DNA of 60,481 bases from Myxococcales bacterium. GTDB taxonomy: Bacteria; Myxococcota_A; Polyangia; Polyangiales; Houyiibacteriaceae. A model generated the notes under the pieces. The model was given only the letters and a program-made list of their open reading frames with translations, was not told the origin of the DNA and did not search any database. Below are positions 1-8,818 of the stretch, piece after piece (within the stretch, counting starts at the first letter, position 1; each line of letters begins with the position of its first letter). The stretch covers positions 1 through 60,481 of the forward strand of contig JAHELW010000003.1 of assembly GCA_024643985.1 (NCBI GenBank), read 5' to 3'. Position numbers and translations under genes: made by a program.

Positions 1-2
1 TC

Positions 3-428
3 GCCCACGAAGCAGGTGCTCGACTGTTCGAGAACCACGGTCCCGGTAAGGGGCTCGAGCTGATCGAGGAGGTCGAGCACGCGGCCGGTCGAGAGCGAGA
101 TCGCGAAATCACCAGCGATCGGCCGGGCCGGTCGTTCCGAAAGAACAGCGGAGACCCGCGCCGCGCTGCCATGAGCAGCAGCCAAGGGCCGCACGAGCGG
201 GCGGTCGCGAACTTCGCGCGAGAGCTCGCGCAGAGGCTTCAGCACGGGAGGACCCAGAACCGCTTCGAGCGTCTCGTACTGGTCGCCCCACCACGCTTCC
301 TCGGGCTGCTGCGTTCGTCGATCGACACCCCGACTTCCCATCTGGTCGTTGGCTCGCTCGACAAAGATCTCGCAACCACCAAAGAAGCCGAGCTCATCGA
401 GCATCTCGGCGGCGTGGTTGCCGTTTGA
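3..428 (+). CDS. Host-attachment (AtsE-like) family protein, 5'-truncated by window edge
   Basis: The frame of ORF 171..428 is open back to base 3 (AHEAGARLFENHGPG...SDRPGRSF...FARELAQRL...FERLVLVAPPRFLGLLR...DKDL). SDRPGR and LVLVAPPRFLG are typical of this family. Confidence 0.8.
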   Translation, partial: AHEAGARLFENHGPGKGLELIEEVEHAAGRERDREITSDRPGRSFRKNSGDPRRAAMSSSQGPHERAVANFARELAQRLQHGRTQNRFERLVLVAPPRFLGLLRSSIDTPTSHLVVGSLDKDLATTKEAELIEHLGGVVAV

Positions 429-473
429 GAGGCGTTCGCTGGACGAGCGCATGAACATGATGAGGTAAACCAC

Positions 474-1238
474 ATGGCCAACTTCGAAACTCCCGTCACC
501 GAGTACATGTCCGCTCCCGTCGAGACCGTGACCATCGGGGAGAGCTTGCTCGCTGCGAACGAGCTCTTTGCAGGTCAGGGAGTCAGCGCGCTCGGTGTCG
601 TGAACGACGAAGGCGAGCTCAAGGGCGTGATCTCGCGGACCGACGTGCTTCACGCTGCCGTGTACACGCACGGAGAGACCTTTCGGGTGCCGGATCGCGC
701 AGTCGAGGAGCTGATGAAGTCGCCTGCTCTGCAGGTCGGTTCTACTGCGCCCCTATCGGAAGCCGCCAAGCTCATGCTCAAGAACCACGTTCACCGTGTT
801 TTCATCACCGAGAGCGGTAGGCCTGTTGGCGTCGTGTCGACGCGCGACCTCATGCGCGCGGTGCGAGAAAAGCGGCTCAAGACGCCGATCTCCGAGATCG
901 CCTCTGGGTCGGTCGTCAAAGTGAAGGCCGACGATCCGATTGCGCTAGCCGTCGATCGCCTCGATCTCTCGAACAAGCACGGCCTCGTCGTCGTCGAGGG
1001 CGGCTTTCCGGTTGGCATCTTCGATCAGGCGTGTGCGTTGCAGTCCCGTCGGCTGCCGCCGCACACCGCGGTCGAGCACGCGATGGATGTTCGCATTCTG
1101 ATCTTGCCCCGCGAGATCGGCATGGGCCGCGCGGCAGAGCAGGCGCTCAGCATGAACGTTCGCCGAATCCTGATCGAAGACGATCGAGGCGTCATCGGCA
1201 TCGTCGGCGGCCTCGATTTCGCCCGAGTGATGGGCTGA
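474..1238 (+). CDS. CBS-domain protein (two CBS pairs, second pair degenerate)
   Basis: VTEYMSAPVETV...GVISRTDV; LMKSP...LMLKNHVHRVFI...GVVSTRDLM; RBS GAGG upstream. Confidence 0.85.
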   Translation: MANFETPVTEYMSAPVETVTIGESLLAANELFAGQGVSALGVVNDEGELKGVISRTDVLHAAVYTHGETFRVPDRAVEELMKSPALQVGSTAPLSEAAKLMLKNHVHRVFITESGRPVGVVSTRDLMRAVREKRLKTPISEIASGSVVKVKADDPIALAVDRLDLSNKHGLVVVEGGFPVGIFDQACALQSRRLPPHTAVEHAMDVRILILPREIGMGRAAEQALSMNVRRILIEDDRGVIGIVGGLDFARVMG

Positions 1239-1244
1239 GCCGGA

Positions 1245-1329
1245 GAATCGGTCGCGACGCCCGTGCTCGCGAGCGGGACCCGGTCGCTCCGCACCCCCCA
1301 CTCGCTGTGCTGGGCATCCCGACCGATTC
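1245..1329. other. GC-rich stem-loop just downstream of the CBS gene
   Basis: GAATCGGTCG (1245-1254) is the reverse complement of CGACCGATTC (1320-1329), with further inner pairing. No U-tract follows. Confidence 0.4.
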
Positions 1330-1343
1330 CCCTGCTCACCCAA

Positions 1344-1872
1344 GGGACAGTCTCCCCCCTCCAGACCCCCCTGATTCCAACTACTTACGACCCACACCGC
1401 GAAAACCCGAATTTCGCCCCGCATACGGGGCACGGAAAAAACACGACGCGGGCCTGCGCGGAGCGGGAGCGCCTGCAAATGCGGCCCGTAAGATTGGAGA
1501 TGTAGGCCGCGCACGCGCTCCCTCGGGCTGCGCGCCAATCGCCGGTGGTTGCTGGTGTGGCGATTGTCACTTGGCACGTCCGCTCCGACCCACGTCGTGT
1601 TTTTTCCGAGCCCCTAGGCAGACCGTTTTGCCCCTACTCAGGCGGGCGGGATGCAGGCGGAAGCGCGAGCCCGAAGGGCGAAGCCCGGCGCGCATGCGCC
1701 GCCAAGCCCGAAGGGCGCGGAGGGAGGATTACGGGTGGGGGTGGGTGGGTCGGATATAACTAAACCAAACCACGCCCCCAACTCAGCAACCATCCCCCAC
1801 GTCATCCGGGTTTTCGCGGTGTGGGTCGTAAGTGGCTGAAAAGAGGCGGGTTTTGGAGGGGGAGAATGTCCC
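1344..1872. mobile_element. Non-autonomous MITE/REPIN-like element, long copy (66-bp imperfect terminal inverted repeats, 397-bp structured interior)
   Basis: Arms 1344-1409 and 1807-1872 are reverse complements at 55/66 positions. The inner 27 bp (ACTTACGACCCACACCGCGAAAACCCG) match perfectly, and the termini read GGGACA...TGTCCC. The same arm recurs at 40546-40685. Mobility is inferred. Confidence 0.65.
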
Positions 1873-4800
1873 CTAGAGCCATTTTTGGATGTGCATGCCT
1901 AGGGCGGCGGGTCTCATGGGGGAGCGGTCTTTCGGGCGCACTCGGAATCTCAGCTCGTGACCGCCGCTTGCCTGCACCGCGAAGGCGCCCCGCCAGGTGC
2001 TGCGGTCGTGGTTGCCCTCGCCCTCGAAGGGAACCACGAGCCGGGTGGACAGATCCTGCATGCGACTGCCGAACGTCACGACTGCCTCGACGTCGAGCTC
2101 CCTTGCATCGAGCCCAGGGTGCTGAAGGCTGACCTCCGCGGACACGTTGGTGCCTACGACGACCTCGTCGCCGCTCAAGCCGCCAAAGCGGACGCTTTCC
2201 ATCGCGATGTTGTTCCAGTGGGTGCGCATGTCCTCCGCCAGATCCGCGAGTGCAAACAGCGGACGGTAGTTGCTGTCGCGAAGCGCGACCGCGTCTTGCA
2301 TGGCCGGCTCGTAAAACATGTCCGCATAGTTCGTCACCATTCGGCGAGCCGAAAAGCGAGGGATGATGCTCGACATGCTCGCCTTCATGCGTTCCACCCA
2401 CGCCACGGGCACGTCTTCCTGGTTCCGGTCGTGGTACATGGGAAGAATCTCACCCTCGAGGAGCGCCATGGTGGCCGCGCGGTCGTAAGCGCTTGGATCG
2501 TGGATGGTTGCGGGCGGGAGATCGATCACCCAGCCGTTGTCGCCCCGGTAGCCCTCGAGCCACCACCCATCGTCGACGCTCAGATTCAAGCACCCGTTCA
2601 TGGCCGCCTTCATTCCCGACGTCCCGCTCGCCTCGAGCGGCCGAGTGGGCGTGTTGAGCCAGACGTCGCAGCCCGCGACCATTCGGCGGGCCTCGTCGAT
2701 CGAGTAGTCCTCGAGGAAGATGACCCTGCCGGCGAGATCGGGATGTTTGGCCGCCTTGTAAACCCGCTGCAGCAGGGCTTGGCCGTGGCCGTCCGCCGGG
2801 TGTGCCTTCCCGGCGTAGACCATCATGGCGCCGGGGTTGCTCCCGAGGAGCTTGGCGAGCCTCTCGGGGTCGCTGAGGAGCAGATCCGCGCGCTTGTACG
2901 GTGCGAAGCGACGTGCGAATCCAATCAAGAGACGATCTTCGTCGAGCTGGTCGAGGACGTCCCGCAGCAACGAAAGATCTTCCCGCCGGCGACTCCAGGT
3001 CTGCGTCAGGTGTTCCTTGAGCCACTCGATGAAGTCGGCGCGAAGCTCGCGGTGGATCGACCAGATCTCACTGGGATCATGCTCGCGCAGCCACTCCCAC
3101 TGAAAGCGATCTTCGATGCTATTGCGCCAATCGTGGCCCATCTGCCGCTCGAAGAGCCTTTGCCAGCGCGGGGCCACCCAAGTCGAGACGTGCACGCCGT
3201 TGGTGATGTGGGTGCTTGGAACGTCGTCGGAATCATCGAGCTCCGGATAGAACTGCCGGAACATGTGGCGAGCAACCTCACCGTGCTTCGCGCTGACTCC
3301 GTTGATGCGCTCCGAGTTCCTGACGGCAAGCGCGGTCGTCCCAAACTCGTTCGGCGAGCCGTTCGGCGTGTGTCCCATCGCCATGAGACGCGGCCAGTCC
3401 ATTCGCAGCACCCGTTCGAAGCGTGCGAGATACGGTCGCACCATTTCCTCTGGAAAATGGTCGTGACCGGCGGCGACCGGCGTGTGCGTCGTGAAAACCG
3501 TCGTGTTGCGGATGTACTCCAGCGCTTCTTGTGACCGGAGGCCATGCCTTTGAATCAAGTGCGCGGCCCTTGCGATCAGCAAGAATGCGCTGTGGCCTTC
3601 GTTCATGTGAAAAACGTCCGGGTCGATGTCGAGCTCCGTCAACATCTGGTAGCCACCGAGGCCGAGGATAATCTCCTGTCGCAAACGGTGGGCCAAGTCG
3701 CCAGCGTAGAGGCGATTCGTAATCGCGCGATCTTCCGGTCGGTTTTCGGGGAGGTTGGTATCCAACAGAAACAGCGGCACCCGCCCGACCTGGAGCTGCC
3801 ATGCGGAAACCTGGACCTGACCTGTCGGCAGGGGCACCGTCACTTTGAGCGGCGCGTACTGCCCCGCCATCACCGGCCGAAAGGGTGGGCTTCCAAAGTC
3901 GTTGGTGTCGCCGAGGTCCTCCTGTCGACCGTCACGATCGATCATCTGGTGGAAGTAACCGTCGTGGTAGGCAAGCCCAACGGCGCACAATGGGATCCCC
4001 AAGTCGCTCGCGGCCTTGAGATGATCGCCTGCGAGGATTCCCAGGCCGCCCGAGTAGAGCTTCAGAAACCCGGCGATGCCGAACTCCATGCAGAAGTACG
4101 CAATCCTCGGATCTTCAACCTTGGTTCCGTCGACCATCTCAGCATGAAAGCGCCTGACGGCCTCGACGTACTCCTCGTCGATCGCCAAATCCATCAAGCG
4201 GTCGGGCTTGACTTGGTCGAGCAGCGCGTGTGGGTTCTCTTTGAGCCTGAACCAGAGCTCTGGGTCGATCCGCTTGAAGAGCGAAGCGACCTCGGGGTGC
4301 CATCGCCACCACAGGTTGGAAGCAATGTCCTGGAGCGGCTGGAGCTCGTCCGGCATCGCGTTCGCGACCGTGAACGTACGGGTGTACGGCGCCGCTACCT
4401 CTCCCTCCTTGGCGGGCGGCTTCACGAACAGGCCGAAGACTCCAGAGCTGTCGCTGCTGGGTGCCGCCGAGGGCACGCTCAGCCGTTCCATCGGGAGCTC
4501 TTTCCGCCGCGCCGCACCGGCAGCGAGGGCGCGGTGGTGGGCGTCCTCGTAGTGCTCCATGAAGTTCGACCAGTCGGTCAGCTCGGCCGTGCGCAGCGAG
4601 GCCGCGCGCAGTGAGTCCCGGCGGTCGGGAGTCAGGTCGATGAATTCGAGCAACGCCTTCTTCAGCGAGTTGCTGACCTCTTCGAAGGGCACGCCTTCAC
4701 GCGCGAGGACGCGGACTCCAGTGCTGTTGCCATCGCCCTGCGCCGCGACCCACCGACCGAAGCCCGCTCGATCGGTGGTGATCGCGGGAACGCCGAAAGC

Positions 4801-6126
4801 CACGGCCTCGAGCGGGGTGTAGCCCCACGGTTCGTAGAACGAGGGAAACACGCCGAGGTCCGCGCCCGGAAGCAGGTCCCAGTACTTGTGCCGGATCAGC
4901 GGGTCCGTTCCGTCCAGATAGATGGGAACGTGTACGACGTGGACCTTCGCGCCAGGGCGGTTGTCGATGCCGAGCGCGTTCAGCTGGTTCGTAATCGGGT
5001 CGTTGGGTTCGTCGACAAGGTCGTGAGTACATCGCAGCGGCGACGTCGACCCTGCGCCGTAAGCGCGATCCCAGAGCTCACGCTTCGGTTCGGCATGTCC
5101 CGCGGGAAGCATCGCGTACGCGATGACTCTCTTACCATCGCGCGCGGCCAGATCCTCCGCGAGGCTCGACGCCGCGTCGAGATAGACATCGACGCCCTTG
5201 TTCACGTACTCGTAGCGGCCTGCCAGAGCGAACACGAGAGTGTTTTCTCGATCGTACTGGTCCCCCGTCGTCAGCTCCGCGAGCTTGAAGAGCTCCTCGC
5301 GGGCGCTCTGCCGCTGCTCCTCCGTGACGGGCTTCGCCCCGAAACCGTTCGGTAGCACGACGTCCGGCCTTCTGCCGAGGAGGTGCTCGCACTCGAGTGC
5401 CGTGATTTCGCTCACCGTCGTGAACACGTCGGCCTCTCGGGCGGCGACGGTTTCCATGGAATGCTTCGAGGAGACCTCGAGCTCTTTGGCTGCCGATTCG
5501 GGGTCGATGCTCTCGAGAGATCGGTAAAAATGCGGATCGGCGCGACGGCCTGCAAGCGACCGCCCGAGCATGGTGGCGTGCGTCGTGAAGACCGTACCGA
5601 TGTCAGGCGCCGCCGTCTGCAGATGCAGGATCGCGCCCGCCGACATCCACTCGTGGGCCTGCACGAGCGCGGTCTGCCGCGCCGGAAGAAGAAACCGATC
5701 GCGAATGAGCTCGATGATCACGCCCGCGCCGTACGCAAACAGGACCGGGTCGTAGTAGTCCCATGCACCGAAGAGCGAATCGAGCGCATACCGCTCCCAG
5801 TACGTGCCGAGGATTTCGTCTTTTCGCGAGTAGAGGTTGGAGTGGTTGATCAGCAGACAGCGGGGCTCGCCTGGAACCAGCCAACGGCCCATTTGTACAT
5901 TCACCTCGTGATCGCGGAGCGCGAGCTCGAGGTCGGGGTTCCAGACGTCTGACCGAAACTCCGGTGCCACGCCTTCCGTACGAGGAACGTCAGGGCCGAT
6001 CGCGATGTAGCCGTCCTCGCCGTGCCGCTGCTGAACCTCCGGAACGCGGCTTGCCAACACGGTGTGGATTCCACCCACCATGTTGCAGACCTCCCAAGAG
6101 ATCTCGAAGAACACCGACCTGCTCAT
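1873..6126 (-). CDS. glgP: Fusion of GT3-type glycogen synthase (N-terminal) and GT35 alpha-glucan phosphorylase (C-terminal), about 1417 aa
   Basis: N-terminal FEISWEVCNMVGGIHTV, AHEWM, VFTTHATMLGR, FPSFYEPWGYTPLE (GT3). C-terminal YFCMEFG, YSGGLGILAGD, HMNEGH, FARRFAPYKRA, EASGTSGMK (PLP lysine). The start at 6126 overlaps the upstream stop (ATGA). Confidence 0.9.
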   Translation of the reverse strand: MSRSVFFEISWEVCNMVGGIHTVLASRVPEVQQRHGEDGYIAIGPDVPRTEGVAPEFRSDVWNPDLELALRDHEVNVQMGRWLVPGEPRCLLINHSNLYSRKDEILGTYWERYALDSLFGAWDYYDPVLFAYGAGVIIELIRDRFLLPARQTALVQAHEWMSAGAILHLQTAAPDIGTVFTTHATMLGRSLAGRRADPHFYRSLESIDPESAAKELEVSSKHSMETVAAREADVFTTVSEITALECEHLLGRRPDVVLPNGFGAKPVTEEQRQSAREELFKLAELTTGDQYDRENTLVFALAGRYEYVNKGVDVYLDAASSLAEDLAARDGKRVIAYAMLPAGHAEPKRELWDRAYGAGSTSPLRCTHDLVDEPNDPITNQLNALGIDNRPGAKVHVVHVPIYLDGTDPLIRHKYWDLLPGADLGVFPSFYEPWGYTPLEAVAFGVPAITTDRAGFGRWVAAQGDGNSTGVRVLAREGVPFEEVSNSLKKALLEFIDLTPDRRDSLRAASLRTAELTDWSNFMEHYEDAHHRALAAGAARRKELPMERLSVPSAAPSSDSSGVFGLFVKPPAKEGEVAAPYTRTFTVANAMPDELQPLQDIASNLWWRWHPEVASLFKRIDPELWFRLKENPHALLDQVKPDRLMDLAIDEEYVEAVRRFHAEMVDGTKVEDPRIAYFCMEFGIAGFLKLYSGGLGILAGDHLKAASDLGIPLCAVGLAYHDGYFHQMIDRDGRQEDLGDTNDFGSPPFRPVMAGQYAPLKVTVPLPTGQVQVSAWQLQVGRVPLFLLDTNLPENRPEDRAITNRLYAGDLAHRLRQEIILGLGGYQMLTELDIDPDVFHMNEGHSAFLLIARAAHLIQRHGLRSQEALEYIRNTTVFTTHTPVAAGHDHFPEEMVRPYLARFERVLRMDWPRLMAMGHTPNGSPNEFGTTALAVRNSERINGVSAKHGEVARHMFRQFYPELDDSDDVPSTHITNGVHVSTWVAPRWQRLFERQMGHDWRNSIEDRFQWEWLREHDPSEIWSIHRELRADFIEWLKEHLTQTWSRRREDLSLLRDVLDQLDEDRLLIGFARRFAPYKRADLLLSDPERLAKLLGSNPGAMMVYAGKAHPADGHGQALLQRVYKAAKHPDLAGRVIFLEDYSIDEARRMVAGCDVWLNTPTRPLEASGTSGMKAAMNGCLNLSVDDGWWLEGYRGDNGWVIDLPPATIHDPSAYDRAATMALLEGEILPMYHDRNQEDVPVAWVERMKASMSSIIPRFSARRMVTNYADMFYEPAMQDAVALRDSNYRPLFALADLAEDMRTHWNNIAMESVRFGGLSGDEVVVGTNVSAEVSLQHPGLDARELDVEAVVTFGSRMQDLSTRLVVPFEGEGNHDRSTWRGAFAVQASGGHELRFRVRPKDRSPMRPAALGMHIQKWL

Positions 6127-7325
6127 ATACGAATCCGCTTCTCCGCCGGGGCTAGAACCGAGAGCTTCAAATCTTTCAGGACGTTCATGTAATGAATGAA
6201 AGCATCGTAGGGGCCCTCGTAGGGGCTGAAATAGTCGTGCACCTCCCCGTCGGACGCGGATTTCGTGGCCATGTAATAGAAATGGTCGGAAGTCTGCAAG
6301 CGTCTCCACAAAGCGAGCAAATGGGAGTTGTTTCGTTGCCGAATTGCCTCTCCCAGCGAGTAGATCTCCGCAAGGGCCCGCTGCTGCATTTCATTGCCGC
6401 GCCAGGCGCTGATGTCGCGGGCCTCGTCGGCCCACGACACCGTGCGGTGAAACGGGAGCTCTCCGAGGGCAGGGTAGCGGTCGATGGCCTGGCTCGGCGT
6501 CAGGATGTCCCAGTGAGGATGCGTGAAGAGCAGATCCGGCAGGTGCTCGAGGAACTCGAATATTCCCGTCTCCTTCCACTGATGCTCTCCAAAGGTCTCG
6601 TAGTCCATGAAGAGATTGATCACATCGCCGGCGCCGCTGTGCCCATGCACCCAGCGAGCGAACTTGTCGGCCGTCAGTGGGTACTCGTTCCACGCCCGGT
6701 TCGAGAAACGAAACGCGATGTCGTCCGACAGCTTGTAGTTCTTCGTCAATAGCCGCATCTCGCGACCCGCAACCCGATAGACGAAGTTCGGGCTGCGCCA
6801 GTCCAAGACGTCATCTGCGCCTTCACAGATCATCCCGTCGAAACCGAGGTCCGCGATGAGCTGCCCGATCTGGTCATTGTAGATGAGCTCGGTATTCCGA
6901 AAGATCCGGGGCGTTTGGCCGAACTCTTCCTCGACGAGCTTCATCTGCAGATCGATCTGCGCTTTGTACTCTTCCTCGTCGTACAGTGCTGCGAGGCTGT
7001 GATAGTAGGTTTCCGCGACGAACTCGACTGCGCCGGTCTTCGCGAGGCGAACGAAGCTGTCCATGACCTCCGGCACGTATCGCTTCATCTGCTCGATCGC
7101 GACTCCCGTGACGGCGTACGAAATCCGAAAGCGGCCGTCCGTGCGCTCGATCAATCGAAGCATCGATTCGTTTGCAGGCAAGTAGCACTTGTCGGCGACC
7201 TTTCGCATGACCTCGGCGTTGAGCTTGTCGTCGAAGTATTCGTGGTCGCGGCCCACCTGAAGCGCGCCGTAGGGCTTCAGTCGATACGGTTGGTGGACTT
7301 CGAAATAGAAACAGACCGACGGCAT
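6123..7325 (-). CDS. Glycoside hydrolase family 57 (alpha-amylase type)
   Basis: MPSVCFYFEVHQPYRL, ETYYHSL, FRNTELIY, LSDDIAFRFS, FMDYETFGEHQW, LQTSDHFYYM. The real start is ATG 7325, not the ORF-track start 8159. Confidence 0.9.
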   Translation of the reverse strand: MPSVCFYFEVHQPYRLKPYGALQVGRDHEYFDDKLNAEVMRKVADKCYLPANESMLRLIERTDGRFRISYAVTGVAIEQMKRYVPEVMDSFVRLAKTGAVEFVAETYYHSLAALYDEEEYKAQIDLQMKLVEEEFGQTPRIFRNTELIYNDQIGQLIADLGFDGMICEGADDVLDWRSPNFVYRVAGREMRLLTKNYKLSDDIAFRFSNRAWNEYPLTADKFARWVHGHSGAGDVINLFMDYETFGEHQWKETGIFEFLEHLPDLLFTHPHWDILTPSQAIDRYPALGELPFHRTVSWADEARDISAWRGNEMQQRALAEIYSLGEAIRQRNNSHLLALWRRLQTSDHFYYMATKSASDGEVHDYFSPYEGPYDAFIHYMNVLKDLKLSVLAPAEKRIRI

Positions 7326-7327
7326 GA

Positions 7328-8818
7328 TTAACCTCGACTCCGTAGAACGGACTCGTAGAGGGGTACGAGCTTTTCCGCAGCAGCATCCCAATGGATGTGC
7401 CGTATCTCTTCTCTCGCGCGCTCGATGATGGTCCGGCGGAGCTCCGGAAGCTCCAAGAGCGCCACGATTTGGCTGGCCATCTTCTCGACGTCCCAGAAGT
7501 CGACCTTCAGCGCATTTCTGAGGATCTCCGAGACCCCGGACTGTTTCGACACGATCACGGGCCGGTCGTAGCTCATCGCTTCGAGCGGAGCTATGCCAAA
7601 CGGCTCCGAAACGGACGGCATCACGTACACGTCCGCCGTCGAAAAAGCCCGCTCGATTTCCGCTCCTTTCAACCATCCGGGAAAGCGGAACGACTCGGTG
7701 ATACCCAAATCGTCGACTAGGGCCTCCATGCGCGGGAGCATGTCGCCCGAGCCTGCCATGACGAAGACCGCGTCCGGAACCTGGCTGAGCACGCGCGCTG
7801 CCGCCTGAACGAAGTACTCGGGGCCTTTTTGAAAGGTCACTCGGCCCAAGAACAAGACGACCGGCCCGCTCGACGCGCGCTGCTCGGTGTAGGCGCGAAC
7901 CGTTTCCCGGGCGTAGACGCCGTTGTGCACGACCGATATCTTGTCGAGCGGCGTGTGGTGCACCCGGTTGATCAGGCCACGTGTGTAGTAGCTGACCGCG
8001 ATGACGCGCGTTGCAGCCTCGAGTCCCTGGTGCTCGAGGCTGACGATGTCCTTGTCGGCTCCGTGACCGGCGCGGTCGTATTCGAGGCTGTGCACGTGAA
8101 CGAGAAGCGGGGCTCCGGCGCGCTGAGCGACCTCGATCCCCGCCGGGAAAGTCATCCAATCGTGGGCATGGACGAGATCGTATTTCTGACCGGAAACGCG
8201 TCGCGCAGAAGCCATGGCGTAGCGGGCCACCTCGGCGAAGAGGTCCTCGCCGTAGTGGGCGCCTTCGCTCGGCTCCTCGTCATAGGAGAGATCGTCTCCC
8301 GGAACGTGCACGTGCTCGAGCCGAGCGATTTCCCGTGGCGGGCCGGGCAAGGCAGGATGCACCTCGGCGCTCGTGATCTCCTCGCGCTCCTTCTCGGAAA
8401 CGAGAGTTGTCTCGAGCAGCTCTCGATAAGTCGATGGATCCAGATACGGCTTCAGCATCGCCGGGACGCTGAGCGTCCGGACCGCCGACTGGTCGGTGGA
8501 TTTCCGACCGGCTCGGGCGGCCTCGAGCGCAGCCGTGAAGAGCGGATCGGTGCCGAGGGCCGGCTCGGCGGCAATCAGCGCGGCAAACGGCTCCAACGTC
8601 TCCGGCTCGAGCGGGACTCGGTACCCTCCGTCGGACCATGCCGACGCGGCGCCGAGAAGATGCATGTGGGGCGCGTCTTCCTCGCCGTAGAGCCTCGGAA
8701 CGAGAAAGTCGATTTCGACGCCGCGGCGTGCAAGCGCCGTCGTCAGTCCCTCGCATGCCGTTCCGAGACCGCCGCTGATGTGCGGCGGATACTCCCAGCC
8801 GAGCATGAGAACCTTCAT
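7328..8818 (-). CDS. Glycosyltransferase family 4 (glycogen-related)
   Basis: MKVLMLGWEYPPHISGGLGTAC, HAHDW, FLGRVTFQKG, MPSVSEPFGIAPLEAM. ATG 8818 overlaps the upstream TGA. Confidence 0.9.
   Translation of the reverse strand: MKVLMLGWEYPPHISGGLGTACEGLTTALARRGVEIDFLVPRLYGEEDAPHMHLLGAASAWSDGGYRVPLEPETLEPFAALIAAEPALGTDPLFTAALEAARAGRKSTDQSAVRTLSVPAMLKPYLDPSTYRELLETTLVSEKEREEITSAEVHPALPGPPREIARLEHVHVPGDDLSYDEEPSEGAHYGEDLFAEVARYAMASARRVSGQKYDLVHAHDWMTFPAGIEVAQRAGAPLLVHVHSLEYDRAGHGADKDIVSLEHQGLEAATRVIAVSYYTRGLINRVHHTPLDKISVVHNGVYARETVRAYTEQRASSGPVVLFLGRVTFQKGPEYFVQAAARVLSQVPDAVFVMAGSGDMLPRMEALVDDLGITESFRFPGWLKGAEIERAFSTADVYVMPSVSEPFGIAPLEAMSYDRPVIVSKQSGVSEILRNALKVDFWDVEKMASQIVALLELPELRRTIIERAREEIRHIHWDAAAEKLVPLYESVLRSRG

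Noticed and set aside
1957-5952. Long + strand ORFs (1957..3534, 3544..4614, 5383..5952) opposite the glycogen fusion gene
   Set aside because: Antisense shadows typical of high-GC coding DNA; no recognisable motifs.
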